A stretch of 61,512 bases of DNA, the filler included, from Nitrospinae bacterium RIFCSPLOWO2_12_FULL_45_22 (GTDB lineage: Bacteria > 2-12-FULL-45-22), in the NCBI GenBank assembly GCA_001803565.1. It is 5 parts of 5 records of this genome, joined end to end, with 100 filler letters (N's around TTAATTAATTAA, not from the genome) between each part and the next. Parts side by side here need not be neighbours in the genome. Positions count along the whole stretch, not along the records: positions 46,100 to 61,512 come from MHDQ01000253.1; 4 more parts are not named here. One strand, 5' to 3'. The notes below the pieces were generated by a model. It was not told the origin of the DNA and did not search any database. It saw only the letters and a program-made list of their open reading frames with translations. This document shows, one piece after another, positions 61,072-61,512 of this stretch. How positions within the stretch are numbered: position 1 is the stretch's first letter; every line of letters begins with the position of its first letter. The position numbers and the translations under genes are program-made.

Positions 61072-61512
61072 CTATTCAAAATAGAGATTTTTTATTTCAT
61101 ACTCAACCGTCCCTTTTGGCACTTCAACTTTAATCATCTCACCTACTTTACGCCCCAGCAATGCCCTGGCTACTGGTGACCTTATGGATATCTTTCCTTT
61201 CTGATGATCCGTTTCATCCTCACCCACTAACCGGAAGGTCTTCTCTTCACCAGCTTGTAAATCTTCTAATACTACGGTAGCGCCAAAGACTATCCGGTCG
61301 CTGGAAAGAGTCTTGGTATCAATAACTTGAGACCGGGCCAGCCTATCCTCCAGTTGCCTTATCTTAGCCTCAACCAATGCCTGCTGCTCCTTAGCAGCAT
61401 GATACTCAGCATTCTCGCTCAAGTCCCCATGCTCCCTGGCTATTCTAATAGCCTCTATCACCTGAGGTCTGACGCGGCTCTTTAAATCCTTTAGCTCCTT
61501 CTGGAGGACTTC
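61072..61512 (-). CDS. greA: transcription elongation factor GreA (5' partial)
   Basis: AREHGDLSENAEYHAAKE, IS..SP.ARALLG. Confidence 0.96.
   Translation of the reverse strand, partial: EVLQKELKDLKSRVRPQVIEAIRIAREHGDLSENAEYHAAKEQQALVEAKIRQLEDRLARSQVIDTKTLSSDRIVFGATVVLEDLQAGEEKTFRLVGEDETDHQKGKISIRSPVARALLGRKVGEMIKVEVPKGTVEYEIKNLYFE

Noticed and set aside
2123-61512. Selenoprotein UGA read-through in TGA-ending ORFs
   Set aside because: The TGA-ending genes I could assign appear full length for their families; no Cys-equivalent UGA identified by eye (not an exhaustive search)

Overview
Bacterial draft/MAG pseudomolecule: five contigs joined by artificial 100-bp N44-TTAATTAATTAA-N44 linkers (7096-7195, 14865-14964, 20736-20835, 46000-46099), so adjacency across linkers is not biological. 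Contig 1: FG-GAP/PKD surface protein end, decayed IS630, glycosyl/methyltransferases, tRNA-Sec, MoxR ATPase. Contig 2: ApbE divergent from a porin + FMN-binding protein + two paralogous 4-TM proteins, then Fur, an acyl-CoA dehydratase activase and a kinase with a Cys-rich tail. Contig 3: TCA genes (eukaryote-like citrate synthase with an exact 683-bp duplication, icd-like, mdh, malic enzyme). Contig 4: HD protein, CoA-transferase, di-heme sensor kinase/sigma54 regulator, nuoABCDHIJKLM (no EFG, no N), then a decayed type I RM locus carrying intact Hachiman-like hamAB and a Fic gene with an unannotated convergent antitoxin-like ORF, and pabB-pabC. Contig 5: PKD-repeat protein end, prkA-yeaH-spoVR, a metal-uptake operon led by an RSPP-ending leader peptide, 2-oxoacid:ferredoxin oxidoreductase, purC, amphi-Trp-PurE fusion, greA. 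Intergenic DNA is dense with nested MITE/REP-like palindromes. Best candidates for new biology: the Fur-linked flavinylation/porin module, the convergent leaderless Fic antitoxin and the RSPP arrest-type leader. All family assignments come from motif recognition by eye; no database searches were run.
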